64,000 nt of DNA. It comes from the human T2T-CHM13v2.0 reference genome, Homo sapiens. The translations under genes and the position numbers were made by a program. The stretch lies in assembly GCF_009914755.1 (NCBI RefSeq), contig NC_060933.1. One strand, 5' to 3'. The notes under the pieces were generated by a model. The model was not told the DNA's origin, did not search any database, and saw only the letters and a program-made list of their open reading frames with translations. Below, piece after piece: positions 38,115 to 52,500 of the stretch (its first letter is position 1; each line of letters opens with the position of its first letter).

Positions 38115-38594
38115 CGTGGTCACTAATTTTATGTGTCATCTTGGCTAGGCTATGGCACCCAGTACTCTGGTCAAACACCAGTCTAGATGTTGTTGCAAAG
38201 GTTCTTTTTAGACGTGATTAACATTTACATCAGTAGATTGAATAAAGCAGATTACCATCTATTACATAAGTGGGCCTCATCCAGTCAAATGAAGGCTTAA
38301 GAAAAAAGACTGAGGTCTCCTAAGAAAGCAGGAATTCTGCCACCAGACTGTCTTCAGACTCAAGACTGCAGCATCAACTCTTCCCGGAATCTCCAGACTG
38401 TCAACCTGCCCCACAAAGTTCACACTTAGCCCCTACAACTATATAGATATAGATATATACATGCATATGTATATAAGTACATGTGTGTGACATACACTTA
38501 CACACATACACATGTGTTTATATGTGACATACACTTGACACATGCACACACACACATCCTACTGGTTCTGTTTTTTTGGAGAATCCTAATATAA
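38115..38594 (+). mobile_element. ERVL LTR, MLT2D-like
   Basis: TAATTTTATGTGTCATCTTGGCTAGGCTATGG...TGGTCAAACACCAGTCTAGATGTTG...TCCTACTGGTTCTGTTT...GGAGAATCCTAAT. Confidence 0.8.
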
Positions 38595-39715
38595 CTGGCA
38601 TAACTTTCCTGCTAAAAACCAACCAGTGTTTTTATAGAAGGCCAGAGAATGAGTATAGGATTAGTTTATCCCCCTTCTCATAATTAACTTCCCTGTTCCC
38701 TTACTCCATGGATGGAAAGGAAGTGGGTGTGAAATGCTTCCTGAGGATGAGCATCATTCTGCATTCTGATGCAAGCATAGCTGCTTCTGCTGCCTTTGCT
38801 AACTTCACAGGGGCCTGACCCAAAAGCCAAAAAGGCCATGGGTTTATATTATCTATCACTTCAATTTAAGTTATATGCCTTTCTTCCTGAAAGTCACGGA
38901 GTATCTGGAGATGAGAAGTTGCCTCTATTAGAAAAAGCAGGTTTTAGATAGCAAAACCCACTCTGCCAGAAATTCTTTGTTGCCTCTTAGTAACTGTTGT
39001 TTTGTACCAGTTCCTCCCCTGTTGAAATGTAGGTATGCATTCCCTTTAGCCCTTTTCCAGGTATGTTAAGATTGGATTATATTTCATTATCAGTTCCAAG
39101 AGGACTATCTGTTGATCCTTAAAGGAGCTGCCAAAGAAGGATGGGCTTTCCTCTTAAAATTTTAGACCTTTTGCTTACTCTAAAAAATAAGAATAATACA
39201 GGATTGACTAGAAGATTGGTCACTCTTCCATAATAAGATTAAATATTCCAATTTTCAAAGAATAGATTATATTTTCTAATGAAATTTAATAGTAAAATCC
39301 AATGATACTCAATTGCCCTCGTATGTGTCCAGTCATTGCTCATGATAGAACTTTTGTTAAAACATGAAAACAATTTACCATCTTGTCCTTCAATCCCTCC
39401 TCCAGTAGAACCTCCTTCTTAAAATATTTTAATGCTCTGCGTGCCCTGTAGAATAATATCAGAAGTCTTTAGGGTGTTATGTAAAGGTCAGAAACACCAA
39501 TGCTCGTGGGACTAGAGGCAAGGCTGGGACTGAATGTGAGACGAAGAGGCCAGGGACAAACTGGGCAGTGCGCATGTCATCCACTGATACTGTGTTGGAA
39601 TTAGAGAATGATATTGCAAGACACTCCAAATTTTCTAGAAAGCTTGGAAATCCCTATTTTTTCATGTAGAGGTTTCTAAGTTGTAAATGTTGACAGCTTA
39701 TTTTTTAAAAATACT

Positions 39716-39870
39716 AGCCATGCACGGTGGCACATGTCTGTAATTCCAGCTACCTGGGAGGTTGACGTAGGAAGGTTCCCAGAGCCCAGGAGTTTGAGGT
39801 CCCCCTGGGTAATACAGTGAGACCTTGCCTCTAATAAATAAATAAATAAATAAATAAATAATGAATGAAT
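39716..39870 (+). mobile_element. Free Alu monomer (FLAM-like) with (TAAA)n tail
   Basis: Single ~120-bp arm ending GAGACCTTGCCTCT, followed by a TAAA repeat. Confidence 0.8.
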
Positions 39871-41813
39871 GAGCGAAACAAACCTCATCTAATTTCCAAA
39901 TTAACCCTTGGATTCCTGTTTCCAATGCTAGACTCTGACCTATGTCCGCCCGAAAGGCTTCATCTCTCACTCTGCCCCCTTATACTCACACCCTGTGCTC
40001 TAACCACATTCCAAGAACGGCAGCTCTTTGAATGTACCACACTGGTTCCTACTTTGGTGCCCTTCAACACATGTTGCCCAGCCCTGCCTTCACTACATGT
40101 CCAAAAGCCCTTCCTTGTTCCCTTTTCTTGCCTGCAAATACATATTGCACAGTTCAGCTCAAGGGCCTTTCTTCAAGGCATCCCTCACCCCTACCCAGGC
40201 CAAACTCACCATACCCTACCTTGTCACCCCCTATCCCAAAACTGTATATAACGTCCTTATTATATCTATAACATTTGGCTCTTATTTATTTTCTTGACTC
40301 CTCCTAAAAGACTCTAAGTTCCCCAAAGGCAGAGACAGTATCTTTTCAATCTCTATTCTCAGCACCTCATGCAGTAGCTAGTATACCATCATCATCATCA
40401 TCATAATTAACACATTCAGTACTTACCATGTTCCAAGTGCTTTACAAGTATTAACTTGAACTCTCACACAAACCCTGGATAATCACCCTAATTTTACAGA
40501 TGAAGAAACTGAAGCTGAGTGTCATAAGCTTCAACACCAAATAGTGTAGAGTCAGAGAGTATGGGTCTAGACCTTGCTTCTCTATCATGTTTTCTCCCAT
40601 ATGGCACAGTGGTTTTGTTTTGTTTTGTTTTTTTGTGTGGAAATAAAATTAAACCTAAGGTTCATTTCCTAGTAGTTGATCACTTCAGTATTTCCGATCT
40701 CTTTCTTATGTATCTTTCAGTTGCTAATAAAATAGAAGGCTCAGAGATAGTTTTGCCAAGAAGAATTTTATTAAAATACTGCCACTTAAGGACTCTAATC
40801 CCACCCAGCCCTCCTGAATTCATCTGGTCTTGATTCAGCCTTGGTGAAAACAGGGTGCAGTCTGACCTACTGATAACCCCATTAAGCAGTTTCTTTTGAT
40901 GCAAACAGCAATTTAAGCAAATATGCCCTTTTGTTTTCTCTAGAGCTCTTTCTTATCGTAGTAATATCCAAGCTGAGCTTCATGTGGGAAATCAAAAAGC
41001 CAAAGACAGGGACTTTTCATTATACACAGAAATCCGACGGAATGCTTTTTATTCCCATTCAAGCAGTTACTACTTATCTGCGTGACTAAGGTATGGAAGA
41101 TCTAAAAAGAAACTAAGTGCTAGTCTGGCCTCTACTCCTTCACCCAGATGGAAGTTTCACAAGCACGTTTAAAGCTTCGGGTCAAGTGCTGTCACTCTCA
41201 AAAACCAGTGGGTCTGCATTTTCCTTTGCACTACAAGTACTCTAACTACAGACATTGTTCCGGTTTTTATCTGATTATAAGTATCCAACTAAAGTAGTTA
41301 AATGTTTAGAAAAGGTAAATAACTGATAGTGCATAAGGGAACCTGAAGTACTCTGTTGACACTTAAATTATATAGCCAAGGACAATGGAGGAAATCATTT
41401 AGTGCTATTAATCAGTAATCTAACAGTATTGTGTCTGTGTGCAACTGTCTTTCTTTTGGCTAATATCTGTGAATTAATTGGTCATTGAAAAATCTGATAA
41501 AGGAATATTCTAAAAGTACACAGTGAAATCCAAATTATTTCTATCAATTACAGCTCACCTTTTCTGAGGCTTAAACTTGACATGTAAAAACATTTTAGTT
41601 ATCTGTTTCAAAATGAACAATATACCTCTGGTTAAAATTCTACCTTTTAAAAATTAAGGTATTTGAGACCTACAGGGATTAATTCTCTACTTAATATTTA
41701 CTTTACTTTAGTAGTTTTTCTACAGAAAGTTTGTGAAAGATTTCATCCCCTATATATGTTTCTTTATCCTCCAAAATCTGGTCCTACAACTGTATTCCTT
41801 GACCCATAAGGTC

Positions 41814-41862
41814 AAGTGGTGCCATCTGCTGGTCATAAGAAGTGGTGTCATCTGCTGGTCAT
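41814..41862 (-). promoter_or_regulatory. Tandem duplicated CTCF-like motifs
   Basis: AAGTGGTGYCATCTGCTGGTCAT twice (period 26); minus strand TGACCAGCAGATGGCAC fits the CTCF core CCASYAGRKGGCR. Confidence 0.55.
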
Positions 41863-42086
41863 TGGTATATAACTATGAGAAAAACCACGTGCACTGTTGT
41901 AGAAGCAACTTAAGTAAACTGCAGTAGAGTACACTTACCACTTTAGAATTAACCTTTAAGTTATAACTTCTCTCTTTCCCTTCCCCCTTTCTCTCTCGCA
42001 CTTTCTCTTATGAAGCCAATATGACTCAAGTTTTAGACTATTTTAAAAGGCAGGTTTGAGAAAAAAAAAAAAGAAAGCAAACTTTT

Positions 42087-42103
42087 GATGCCCCCTGGTG
42101 TTC
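42087..42103 (-). promoter_or_regulatory. CTCF-like motif
   Basis: Minus strand GAACACCAGGGGGCATC, one mismatch from the CTCF core. Confidence 0.5.
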
Positions 42104-42552
42104 AGGTTCCTTAGCATTTCTGAACTTCCTCTTTTGCTAAAACTAAAACCATAATAATGTGTTCTTCATTCATTCATTCATTTAGTCATTCACTTATTCA
42201 TTCATCTAATGAACATAACTATATCATGAACCTATGAATTACACTCTATTTGAGATAACTGGATACCAAATTGTGGCCAACGTGACAAGGAAAGAAAAAT
42301 GAAGAATCTCAAGACAAAATTCAATTGAAATCTGTTTTGAAGTGTCCTTTGAGTTTCTCAGTTCAGTTGTAGCAAATCTGTGATGGCTGCCCTTATAAGT
42401 AACCTGAGGAAGAGAGGAAAAGAGGGTAGAAGGTGAAGGGAAGAGAGGGGAGGAGGGAGAGGATGGGCTGGATCAGTGAACATAATATAATCCACTCATG
42501 ACACACAGAACAGACAACTTGTTGCTTCCTCTTTAAGTGCATTATAAACTAA

Positions 42553-42854
<302 letters not shown>

Positions 42855-43184
42855 GACACTTTTAAATAAAGAGATAAATGAGGTTGATGGGAATATATTA
42901 CTTTACGAGCAAGATTTGTGTCTAATGCTTTAACTTAATTGTGGCAATTATTGTCAGATGGTCTAGGATAAAATTGTGTATCTGGTACATGACTTTTGGG
43001 GAGCTCTAGGAAGCCCTCAGCAACATCATATTTCCCTTTGCACACCTCTGCTCCAGAGATATTTTCACAGTTGGATAAGATGCTTCTTAGATGATCACCA
43101 ATACTCCATGCCTACTCATCAGTCCAGCCACTTGAAACAATCACCAGTACAACAGGACCGCCATATCTCCATGATATGAAATGA

Positions 43185-43706
43185 AGAGCTCATCCACGTG
43201 CCAGGAAGGTGGTGCACCCCAGCTGAATGGGAACAGAAGTTCCTGTGCTCAGGACCCTTCTAGACTTCACTTTATGTATCTTTTTATCTGGATATTTATT
43301 CATATCCTTTCAAATACCCTTCATAATAAATCAGTAAACGTGTTTCCCTGAGTTCTGTGAGCCACTCCAGCAAATTAATCGAACCCAAAGGTGGGGGGAG
43401 GAGGTTCACGGGAACCCCAATTTGAAGCCAGTCAGTCCGAAGTTCCAGAAGCCTGGACTTGCAACCGGGGGGAAGGAGGGGATGGGCTTGTGGGAGTAAG
43501 CTCCTAACCTGTGGGATCTGATGATTTATCTGGGTAGATAGTTGGAATTAAATTAGAGGACACCCAGCTGGGTCCTCCTGCAGAATTGACTGCTTGCTTG
43601 CTGGAGGGGGAAAATAAACACATATTTTTGGATCACAGAAGTCTCCTGTGTTGATTGTTATGGTGTGAGAGCACAGGAAAAATGGTTTGAGAGTTTTTCC
43701 TAAACA
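43185..43706 (+). mobile_element. MER21-family LTR (3' part)
   Basis: TCCTGTGCTCAGGACCCTTCTAGAC...GTGTTTCCCTGAGTTCTGTGAGCCACTCCAGCAAATTAATCGAACCC. Confidence 0.8.
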
Positions 43707-43799
43707 ACATGATATACACGTACCAAAATATCACTGTATCCCACAATACATACAATTATTTTGTGCCAACTAAAAATAAAAGGAAAAACAAGAATTTAA

Positions 43800-45372
43800 A
43801 AATCCTAGCATGGTACTGGCATAAAAGCAGACATATAGAACAGTGGAACCCAACAGAAATTTCAGAAATAAACTCCTATTTGTGGTCAATGTAGTTTTGA
43901 CAAAGATTTCAAGAACACACAGTGGGTATAATGACAGTCTCTTCAATAAGCAGCGTTGGAAAAACTGGATATCCACCCACAGAAGAATGAAATTAGACCC
44001 TCATCTCACTCCATATACAAAAATAAACTCAAAATAGATTTCAGATTTAAATGTAAAGCCCAAAACTGTAAAATTTCTAAAAGAAAACGTAGAGGAAATG
44101 CCCTGTGATACTGGTCTGAACAGTGGTTTCTTGGATACAACATAAAAAGCATAGGAAATAAAAGAAAAAATAGACAAATGAGACTGTATCAAACAGAAAA
44201 ATCTTCTGGACAGCAAAGGAAATAATAGAGTAAAGGAACAACCCAAGAATTCGGATAAAATATTTGCAAATCTGTCTTCTGATAAGGGCCTAATATCCAA
44301 AATATATAAGGAACTAAAACAATTCAGTAGCAAGAAAACAACCTGATTTAAAAAATGGGCAAAGGACCAAAGTAGACATTTCTCAAAAGAAGATAAATGG
44401 CCAACAGATACATGAAAAACTATTCAACATCATCAATCATCAGGGAAATGCAAATTAAAATCACAATGAGATATCAAGTCATTTCTATTAGAACGGCTAT
44501 TATCAAAAAGATGAAAGAGAACAAGTGTTGGAGGGGGATGCGGAGAAAAGGGAACCCTTGTGCACAGTGGTAGGAAGGTAAATTAGTATAATCACTTCAG
44601 AAAACAGTACAAAGTTTCCTTAAACAAACAAAAATACAATTACCATATGATCCAGCAATTCCACTTCTGGACATACATCCAAAGAAAATGAAATGAGTAT
44701 GTCAAGGAGATATGTGCACTTTCATGTTTATTGAAGCATTGTTCACAATAGCCAAGACGTGAAATCAACCTAAGTGTCCATTATGAATGAATGGATAAAG
44801 ATGATACACAATTGAATATTATTCAACCTTTAGGAAAAGAAGGAAATTCTGCCCTTTGTGACAATGAGGATGAACCGGGAGAAAATTATGCTAAGTAGAA
44901 TAGGCCAGGCAGAGAAACACAAATACTGTACTGCATGATCTTACTTATATATGGAATCTAAAAAAGTCAAACTCATAGATGTAGAGAGTAGAACGGTGCC
45001 TACCAGAAGCTGGAGATTTGGAGGTAGTGATTATTTGAATGGGGAAAGGGAAGATGTTGATCAAAGGGCACAAAGTTTCAGTTAGACAGAAGGAATAAGT
45101 CTGTGATCTATTGCACAGCATGGTGACTATAATTAAGAATAATGTTTTATATATTTCAAAATTGCTAAAAGAGTATATTTTAAACGTTCTTACATAAAGA
45201 AATGCTAAGTATCTGAGATAGAAAATATGTCAGTTTGATTTAATTATTCTATAATGTGCATATATGTTCATATATAACATCTCCTGAATATATACAATTC
45301 AGGATATATATATATATACATATGTCTCCTGAATATATACAATTATTGTCAATTAACAATAAAATTAAGAAA
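43800..45372 (+). mobile_element. L1MA 3' portion (ORF2 end plus 3' UTR)
   Basis: ORF2-like peptides ([14 protein letters not shown]; [13 protein letters not shown]...[15 protein letters not shown]) and L1MA-type 3' UTR. A short separate L1 3' end precedes it at 43707-43790. Confidence 0.88.
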
Positions 45373-47535
45373 GATATAGCAAGCAAAAAAGACTCCTCTT
45401 CCACTTTCCCTCAGTACTTTACAAATACATTTCCCACTGCATTCTTATGAAGTGCTAGTTTAGTAATTAGTAAGCCTCTTTATACTTCACCCTCATTTTA
45501 AGTCACCGTTTCCATCTATTTTCCTTTACTGAAATCTGCCTATCCTTTCACTCTACAGCTTTCTCTTAAGGAGGTTGTTATTTTTCCATTCCCTACATAC
45601 TAGGGGACTGTGATGAAGGGTAGCAATCTCCTGGTTTCTCATTGCCAACTCCAGGTTGGTTTGCTTCCATGGCCTCTAGAAAAACTAATGCTATTAGAAG
45701 GTGGTCTCTTCCATCTGGCTCTACCATCCTCTGATCATCCCTGTGGCTTTGATTTACCAGCCCCTCCAACAGCTGGACCTTGTATCATGGTCTTCGTCTT
45801 ACCCCAAGTCCTATCTGCCACAGTTCTAGGAGATGTAATATGAATGTAGACAATACACACATGGAGATTTAAAAAAAAACAAACCACCTTCCCCCTTTCC
45901 CCCATCTGACTAATTCACTTGCTCACTTCTTGGATCTTTCCATAACCTTTAGAACTTATTACTCTTCTAAAACCTTGAGCTCCGATATCTCCCTCCAGGA
46001 CCTCCTCTCCTTCCCTCTTTCACATTCCCTCACCCTACCCTCATGGCTCTTAGACTCCTTTAAGTCCTCCAGTCCCTTGATCCTCCACCCCCTTGATCCT
46101 CCACCTTCCCCCATCATCCAGGTCCTTCATGGCTTCATTGTTCCCCACAGGGCTGGATTTCTTTGATTGATAAGATAAACTTATACTTCCCCAACATCCT
46201 CAATTCCTTGAGGTCCTATCTGATCAGACAAGGGTGAAGGGCTGTCAGAAAAAATTACACGCCCTTGCAGATTGGTACCATTTCTAATTCATGGTCCCTA
46301 ATCTGACATGGTCAAATCTTTGTCATCTTTTCTCAAACTCATTATGCAACCCTTATCTCTTACTTTGTTAAGAAAATTATACCATCAAGAGTCGTCTTTC
46401 TTAGGTTCACAGCACCTACTCTTAAACTATCTAGAGGCCCCATTCTTACCTCCTTTCTTCCAGCCCCATGTCTCCATTCTAATAGAGGACTATGATTTCT
46501 GTCAGAGCTTCTGATCCCATTCCTCTGGGATCTTGGGCCATTAGCCATACCTCTCTTAGTGTCTTCCATTTTCTCTTCTTTGTGAACTTCTTTTCACTTG
46601 CTTACAAACACGCTCAAAACTCTCTCCTTAGTAAAAGAAAAAAAAAATACCCCATTGACTACCTATCCTCTGCTGTTCATCTCCCAGTATCTCCTCCCTT
46701 TTCATCCAGACTTTATGAAGTACAGGTTTGTTGTTTCTTTTCCTCACCCACAGGCTGTTCACACTCTCTCCAATTTGCCAGAGTTTCGCTCTTGAGGCAA
46801 TAGTCCATGTGAATTTTGTATTGGGTATTTGAAAAAAAAAATTCCGGAGTAAAATAAGGGTGAGAGCTCTGTGTGTGAAGAAGTATTTAAAAGCTATTTG
46901 GGTTTTAAATTGTATTAAAAGTCAGAAAATTTAAAAACAAGTCTTCCTTAAGCATTTCTGTTCAACTTACAAATCTTTTTATACTGTTTACAAGTTGAGT
47001 ATAATGAGAAATATCACCTTTACTTTTTTATTGATTACTGTATTAGCTATTTTTGGATTAACATTTCTAAATTGAACAGAATAATTTTCCTCAATACTTT
47101 AATTATATTCGATTAAATATTTTAAACAGTTTTTCAAAAATTTGACTTTAATTTTTAAGCATTTCAAATGTCTGACAGGACAAATTTACAATACCTATAA
47201 ACAAAATGTTTCCGAGAACTCAGATAATGCTTGAAATAAAATTATTTATACTCAGGAAATATAACAAATCAAAGTACCTTATATAATCTGATAATATACG
47301 GAAACTTAGTCAAATTATTTTTGCCTTTTAGCTTAAAATCAAACTTAAAATCAATTGCATATTCAATTGGAATTATGAGGATAACCTCTGAAATTCTATG
47401 TATTTTATATACTGTATAAAGTTTTAAATAAGAAACAGAGTTTTTCTTTAAATTTAGCACAAATGCTATGTTTGCTTTATTTCGACATTTCTATATTTAA
47501 TTCAAAACCATCCCATGGTGGAAAGGCACTTACCT

Positions 47536-47679
47536 AGAGTGACCATAAAATATATCTTCTAAACTGGGACACATTTGAGAGGGAAAAGGGGAACACTAAA
47601 AATAATTAAAACTTGTTAATTGATCTACAGTAGGTATAAACCAGGACTATCCCAGCCAAACCAGGCTGATGGTCACTCC
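47536..47679. mobile_element. MER94-like hAT-Blackjack element
   Basis: Terminal inverted repeats GAGTGACCAT / ATGGTCACTC. Confidence 0.7.
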
Positions 47680-48569
47680 TTCCTGATCCAAGTGTAGGGA
47701 ATCACTTACAATTTGGACGAGCAGAGCTTTGTGGGTCAAGTGTTTATGCTCACAATATGGCTATATAGGTCAGAGATGTGAGTGAGACCAGACATAGGTC
47801 CTGAGAGCGATCTGCTTCCTCAGTGATTCCATCTGTGTTGCAGGGGGACCTCTGAGGTTTTTTATAACTGTTGCATCAACCAGGGACTTCAAGTTTACAC
47901 CATCAAAGTGATTTTGTGATTAATTCTTTCTCACTTTCTTTATTGCCTGATTTGGGTAGATAGAAGTTACCACCACCATCATCATGGGTTGCTTTTAATG
48001 TTTCCAAGAGGTCACAACTCTAAAGTCACAGGGATGATCAGAGGATGGTGGAGCCAGATGGAAGAGACCACCTTCTAATAGCAAAGTCATTTTAATGGCA
48101 TCTCATTGTCTTTGGCATTTCCTTCATCCTATTTTTCTGGCTCTGAAACAAATTTTTGTTTTTGCTCAGGATAAAGGTCATTAACAACTTCTTAATCAAA
48201 TCTAATCGAATTTATTTTTTCTTAGTATTAATGGACCACATGATTCATTATCTAAATGACTGTCTCCTGCACTTCAATTTCCTTCATACCCAACTTCCCC
48301 GCTAACAACACACACACACCCCTCACCTCTCTAATTTCTTAGCTCATCCCTTAAGACTCACTTTCTCCAGGAAAACTCTAAAAGATGCCCAGCTCTGTGT
48401 TTTCACAGTATCTAAATTTACCCTTATCACATTATTTTATAATATTTGACTTCTCTTTCTGACTCTTCTCACCAGATCAGGAGTTTCTTAAGGGCTCAGA
48501 GACTATATAGATCATACATCTTTCCCTCTTAGCACTAAGTTTAAGGACCAGAACATGATGGTGTAGAGA

Positions 48570-49590
48570 AACTTTCCCGTTGGAGACAGGGCATACAAAT
48601 TTATTTCATGTGAACACATGGGAGCCTTCAGAATGAAGACCCAAAGATCCAGGGAAAATTTTCCATTTTTATGATTAGCTTTGTTAACCCAAAATATCTG
48701 AGACAGGTCTCAGTCACTTTCGAAAGATAATTTTGCCCAATGTTAAGGATGCATCGGTGACACAGCCTCAGGTCCACGATCGGCCTTCCACTGCATACAC
48801 AATTTAGTCTGGTTCAGTGAATCTGCATTTTTACATAAACAATAGGGCAGAGAAAGCAATCAGATATGCATTTGTCTCAGGTGAGCCTCAGAGGGATTAC
48901 TTTGAGTTCTGTCTGTCTTTCGTCCACAAGGAATTTCCTTGGGCAAATTGTGAGGGAGGTATGTAGCTTCTTATATTTGTAGCTATCTCTTCCAGGAATA
49001 AAACAGGAAGCAGGTTTGTCTAACATAGTTCCCGGCTTGACTTTTCCCTTGGCTTAGTCATTTTTTCCCTTGGCTTAATGATTTATATTCCACAGGTTCA
49101 ACAAAGTATGGACAGCCATGTAGAAATATGATTGGACAAAAAGGGCATGACATACTGCTAACAGACTGAGTGGGGAAACCCAGCAAAGCTGTCTGTCTAG
49201 ATTCTTCTTGGCCTCTCTGTGTAGGATTCCTTCCTTATGGGTATGAGTCAGGTCTCTCTCTGGAATGGGGGTATTATAACCCACAGTCAAACAAGATAGG
49301 TCAGACAATTTCTTCATGGCCATATTCGCATATCTTTTGGTTCTTACCTTTCACACAGAAAGGCAGAGGGAAGGTTAGAGAAATATGTTTAGGTTTTACG
49401 GCTGGCTTTAGGGAAAAGATCTTCTGGTTTCTATTATCCACCTTGGGGAAGAAGGATTCTAGTTTCTATGGTAGCATCAGGGGGATAATGGGCGTGAAAG
49501 ACAGGCAGGAGAAGGTCAGAGAAAAACTTTCGCTTTTGAGGCTGCTTCTGAGGACTTCCTTTTTGGGGTGTTGTTATCTGAATCTCAACA
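48570..49590 (-). mobile_element. ERV1 LTR (MER39/MER49-type) with nested MER4-type LTR at 48682-49094
   Basis: Outer LTR starts (minus strand) TGTTGAGATTCAGATAACAACACCCCAAAA. Inner LTR reads TGTTAACCCAAAATATCTGAGACAGGTCTCA...CAGATATGCATTTGTCTCAGGTGAGC...CACA. Confidence 0.75.
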
Positions 49591-52500
49591 GTGGAAAAAA
49601 TAATAATTAATCAAGAGTTTAGACTTTGCAATTAGGACAGATTCAGGACTGAATCTCAATTACTTTAGTTATATAAATTTGAGAAGACTTCTTAAATGCT
49701 CTGAGCCTCATGTTCCTCATGCAATGATAGTGATAATAACACCAACACTTGTCCTTTCTCAAACATCACATCCTACCTAGAATTTAATTATCTCAATTTA
49801 AGGCTTAATACCTGTAAAATTCATAAACCCCTGGGTGAGGTAACATTTTAAGGTGATTTTGGCAACTTAACAGGTTTGATAGGTTTGATTGACATTTTGA
49901 TGGGCTAGAGAGAGGGAAGTCCTGAAGATTCCAAACGGACAAGGAAGCTTTGGGGAGAGGCAAATAAGCAGAAAAGATGAAGTTACAGCAATTCAACTTC
50001 TCTCTCTCTCCTCCTCTGTAAAATGGAAATTACATTAATAGCAATGACATTAATATCTGTGAGGATTAAATGAAGAATATGTGGCTCTTAATAAATATTA
50101 GCTGTTTTGTTGTTGCTCTTGAAGATGCTCAGAAGACAAATATGACTTTGTTCCCAATTTGTTTTTAGGATTGTATGTACAGACAACATATGGATTTGCC
50201 AGAGAAGAAAAGCAATGCTTTTAGACTTATTTCCTGCCTTAAGTTTTTAAAGTGGAATAAAGAGCAGTGGGTCACATAAGAGCTCATTATATGGGTCTTT
50301 CATCATAGCTTTAGATCCTGACACGCTAAGCAGAGATTATGTTGCATCTGTGATATTAAAATACATCTGGGTATCTATTACTTTTTGGCCCTTTTCTATA
50401 CAAAGCACAGAAGCTGAGAATCATGTCTCTTCAGATCAAGATTGAACATACTCTCTCTTTCACTGAGGGAGGTATAGGGTTCAGGGCTTAATCTTACACT
50501 TTGCTTATCCTATAACAGAAATAATAATACCTATTATTATTTATAATAGGTATGTGAAGATCCTGGGAGTCCAGGGTAGATGGCCATTCTGTTAACCTGA
50601 ATATGCTTTTAATGTGCAGCATTAATCTAAGAAAAGTGAAAAAATGGTGAGATTTTACTTCAAAAAATCCAAATTATATGCAACTTAAGTCATCTTCAGT
50701 AGAGTTTCAGAAATGATAGGGGAGATACAATTTGAAGTGAACTTTGAAGACAAGACAAGGTGATTTGCAATGAAGGATATTTCTAGGGTAAAAGGGACTT
50801 TGAATAGAAGGAACGAATAAAGAAAACTGAAGGAGAACTTGATTCTATTGCAACAAGAAACATATGGCTAATTCCAACTATCTGGAGCATACCAACTTTA
50901 AAGCAGACTGTCAAAACTGACCCTACTTAACTCATTTTAAAGCATGGGGTTCTTCCCTCAACCAAAAACACAGATGCCAGGTTACACTTTATAACTGGAC
51001 TCTCCACTTTCATTAAAGGTCATTATAAGGAATTGCCACCTAAAATGTGATGTAAATATTTTTTGAGAAACCTAGTATATCACTTGCAATTCCCTCTATA
51101 AAGTACCTGCAATAAATGCATTTTTAATATTAGATTTCAGTAATATTTTCTTCACTTGTGACATACTACTTATTTTGTTTTATCACTATGATAATGGGAG
51201 AATGGAACACTTCTCTTTGTTTTTTGTTCTTATTTCCTTAAAGTTTTAGAGTAATAGTCACATACTAACCTATAAGAAATTTAGAAAGGTTCAATTAGGC
51301 CTTCTATGACAAAAATATCTAAGTCTCTAGTTACTAAAATGTTAATGTTTATGTTGTATCATGGTCTATACTGCAGAGTCAGGGTAAAGACACATAGCTG
51401 TATTTTTTAGATCAATAATTTGTTCAGTTATTTACAATCAAGAGTGTTAAGAGAACTTGGATTGCAGACAAATCTCTTATACATTTATCCAATTATATTC
51501 AATGTTTTTTCAGAAGGGTACCTTAGGACTGGCCTGGTACATACTTGCATATCTTTTGCTTCTTAATAAACACTAGCCACTATTTTCTTTTCAGTACATT
51601 TTTTTTCCTTCTTGGGCAGGATAAAGAGAAGTTGATTATTCTGATAATTGCCTGTGGAGAAGTTTCTTTGGATACAATTTTATTAAGGGCATTGAGTCTC
51701 TGAGTTTAACTTTTTTCTTCCCAATGACCACACTGTGCACAACGATGATGTTGTGGATTTTGAACCTGAATTTATACCAGTTCAGACATCTTTGGCTTCT
51801 TCATGCTGGCACAGGCTTGCCTGGCTGAGAATCTGAAGATGCAATAATTTTTAAAATGTATTACTGTCATTATTATAATTAGTTTACTTATTGTTCCCCC
51901 AGATATTTTTTCAACAATGTTCTGCTAAATCTAGAGTGGCTGCTTGCTAATAGAACTTTAGCTTTTTCACAAAGCTTCCAATGTGGGAATCTAATCCATT
52001 GTCAAAAGTAGTGGCCAAAATGTCCCTACTCATTGTGGCTGTGATACAGGTGTATTGTAAAAAGATGTGATTCACACACCATTGGGGATCTCTAAGCACA
52101 CCTCCATGTTATTTAGAATTTTTATTTTGGCCCAAATATCTACAAGGTAGTGGGGAGTTATGTGAGTTTCTTAGGCCATGACAACTTGCCAGCTTTAATA
52201 CCTTCAGATGAGGATGGGTTACCAGCCAGCTTGGGCCCATTTTGTAGTACCCATCCAGGACAGACATACTGGTCAGGGGCAGAAATATAACAATTCAGTG
52301 GGAAAGCTGATATGGTTGGCTGAGGTGATACATTTCATGCATTTGTGTGAATACTTCCTCCTGAAGATTTGATGATTCTGGAATGGTTTGGAGACGACTT
52401 CAAAAATAACATGTTTAGTAAAAGGGAACTGTAGGACACTGAAGAACCACTGCTCAAGACCCAACATAGTCAGCTACTGGTGATAACCATTTCAGTACTT

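Noticed and set aside
49170-49610. 146-aa ORF
   Set aside because: Lies almost entirely within an ERV1 LTR, with no recognisable domain.
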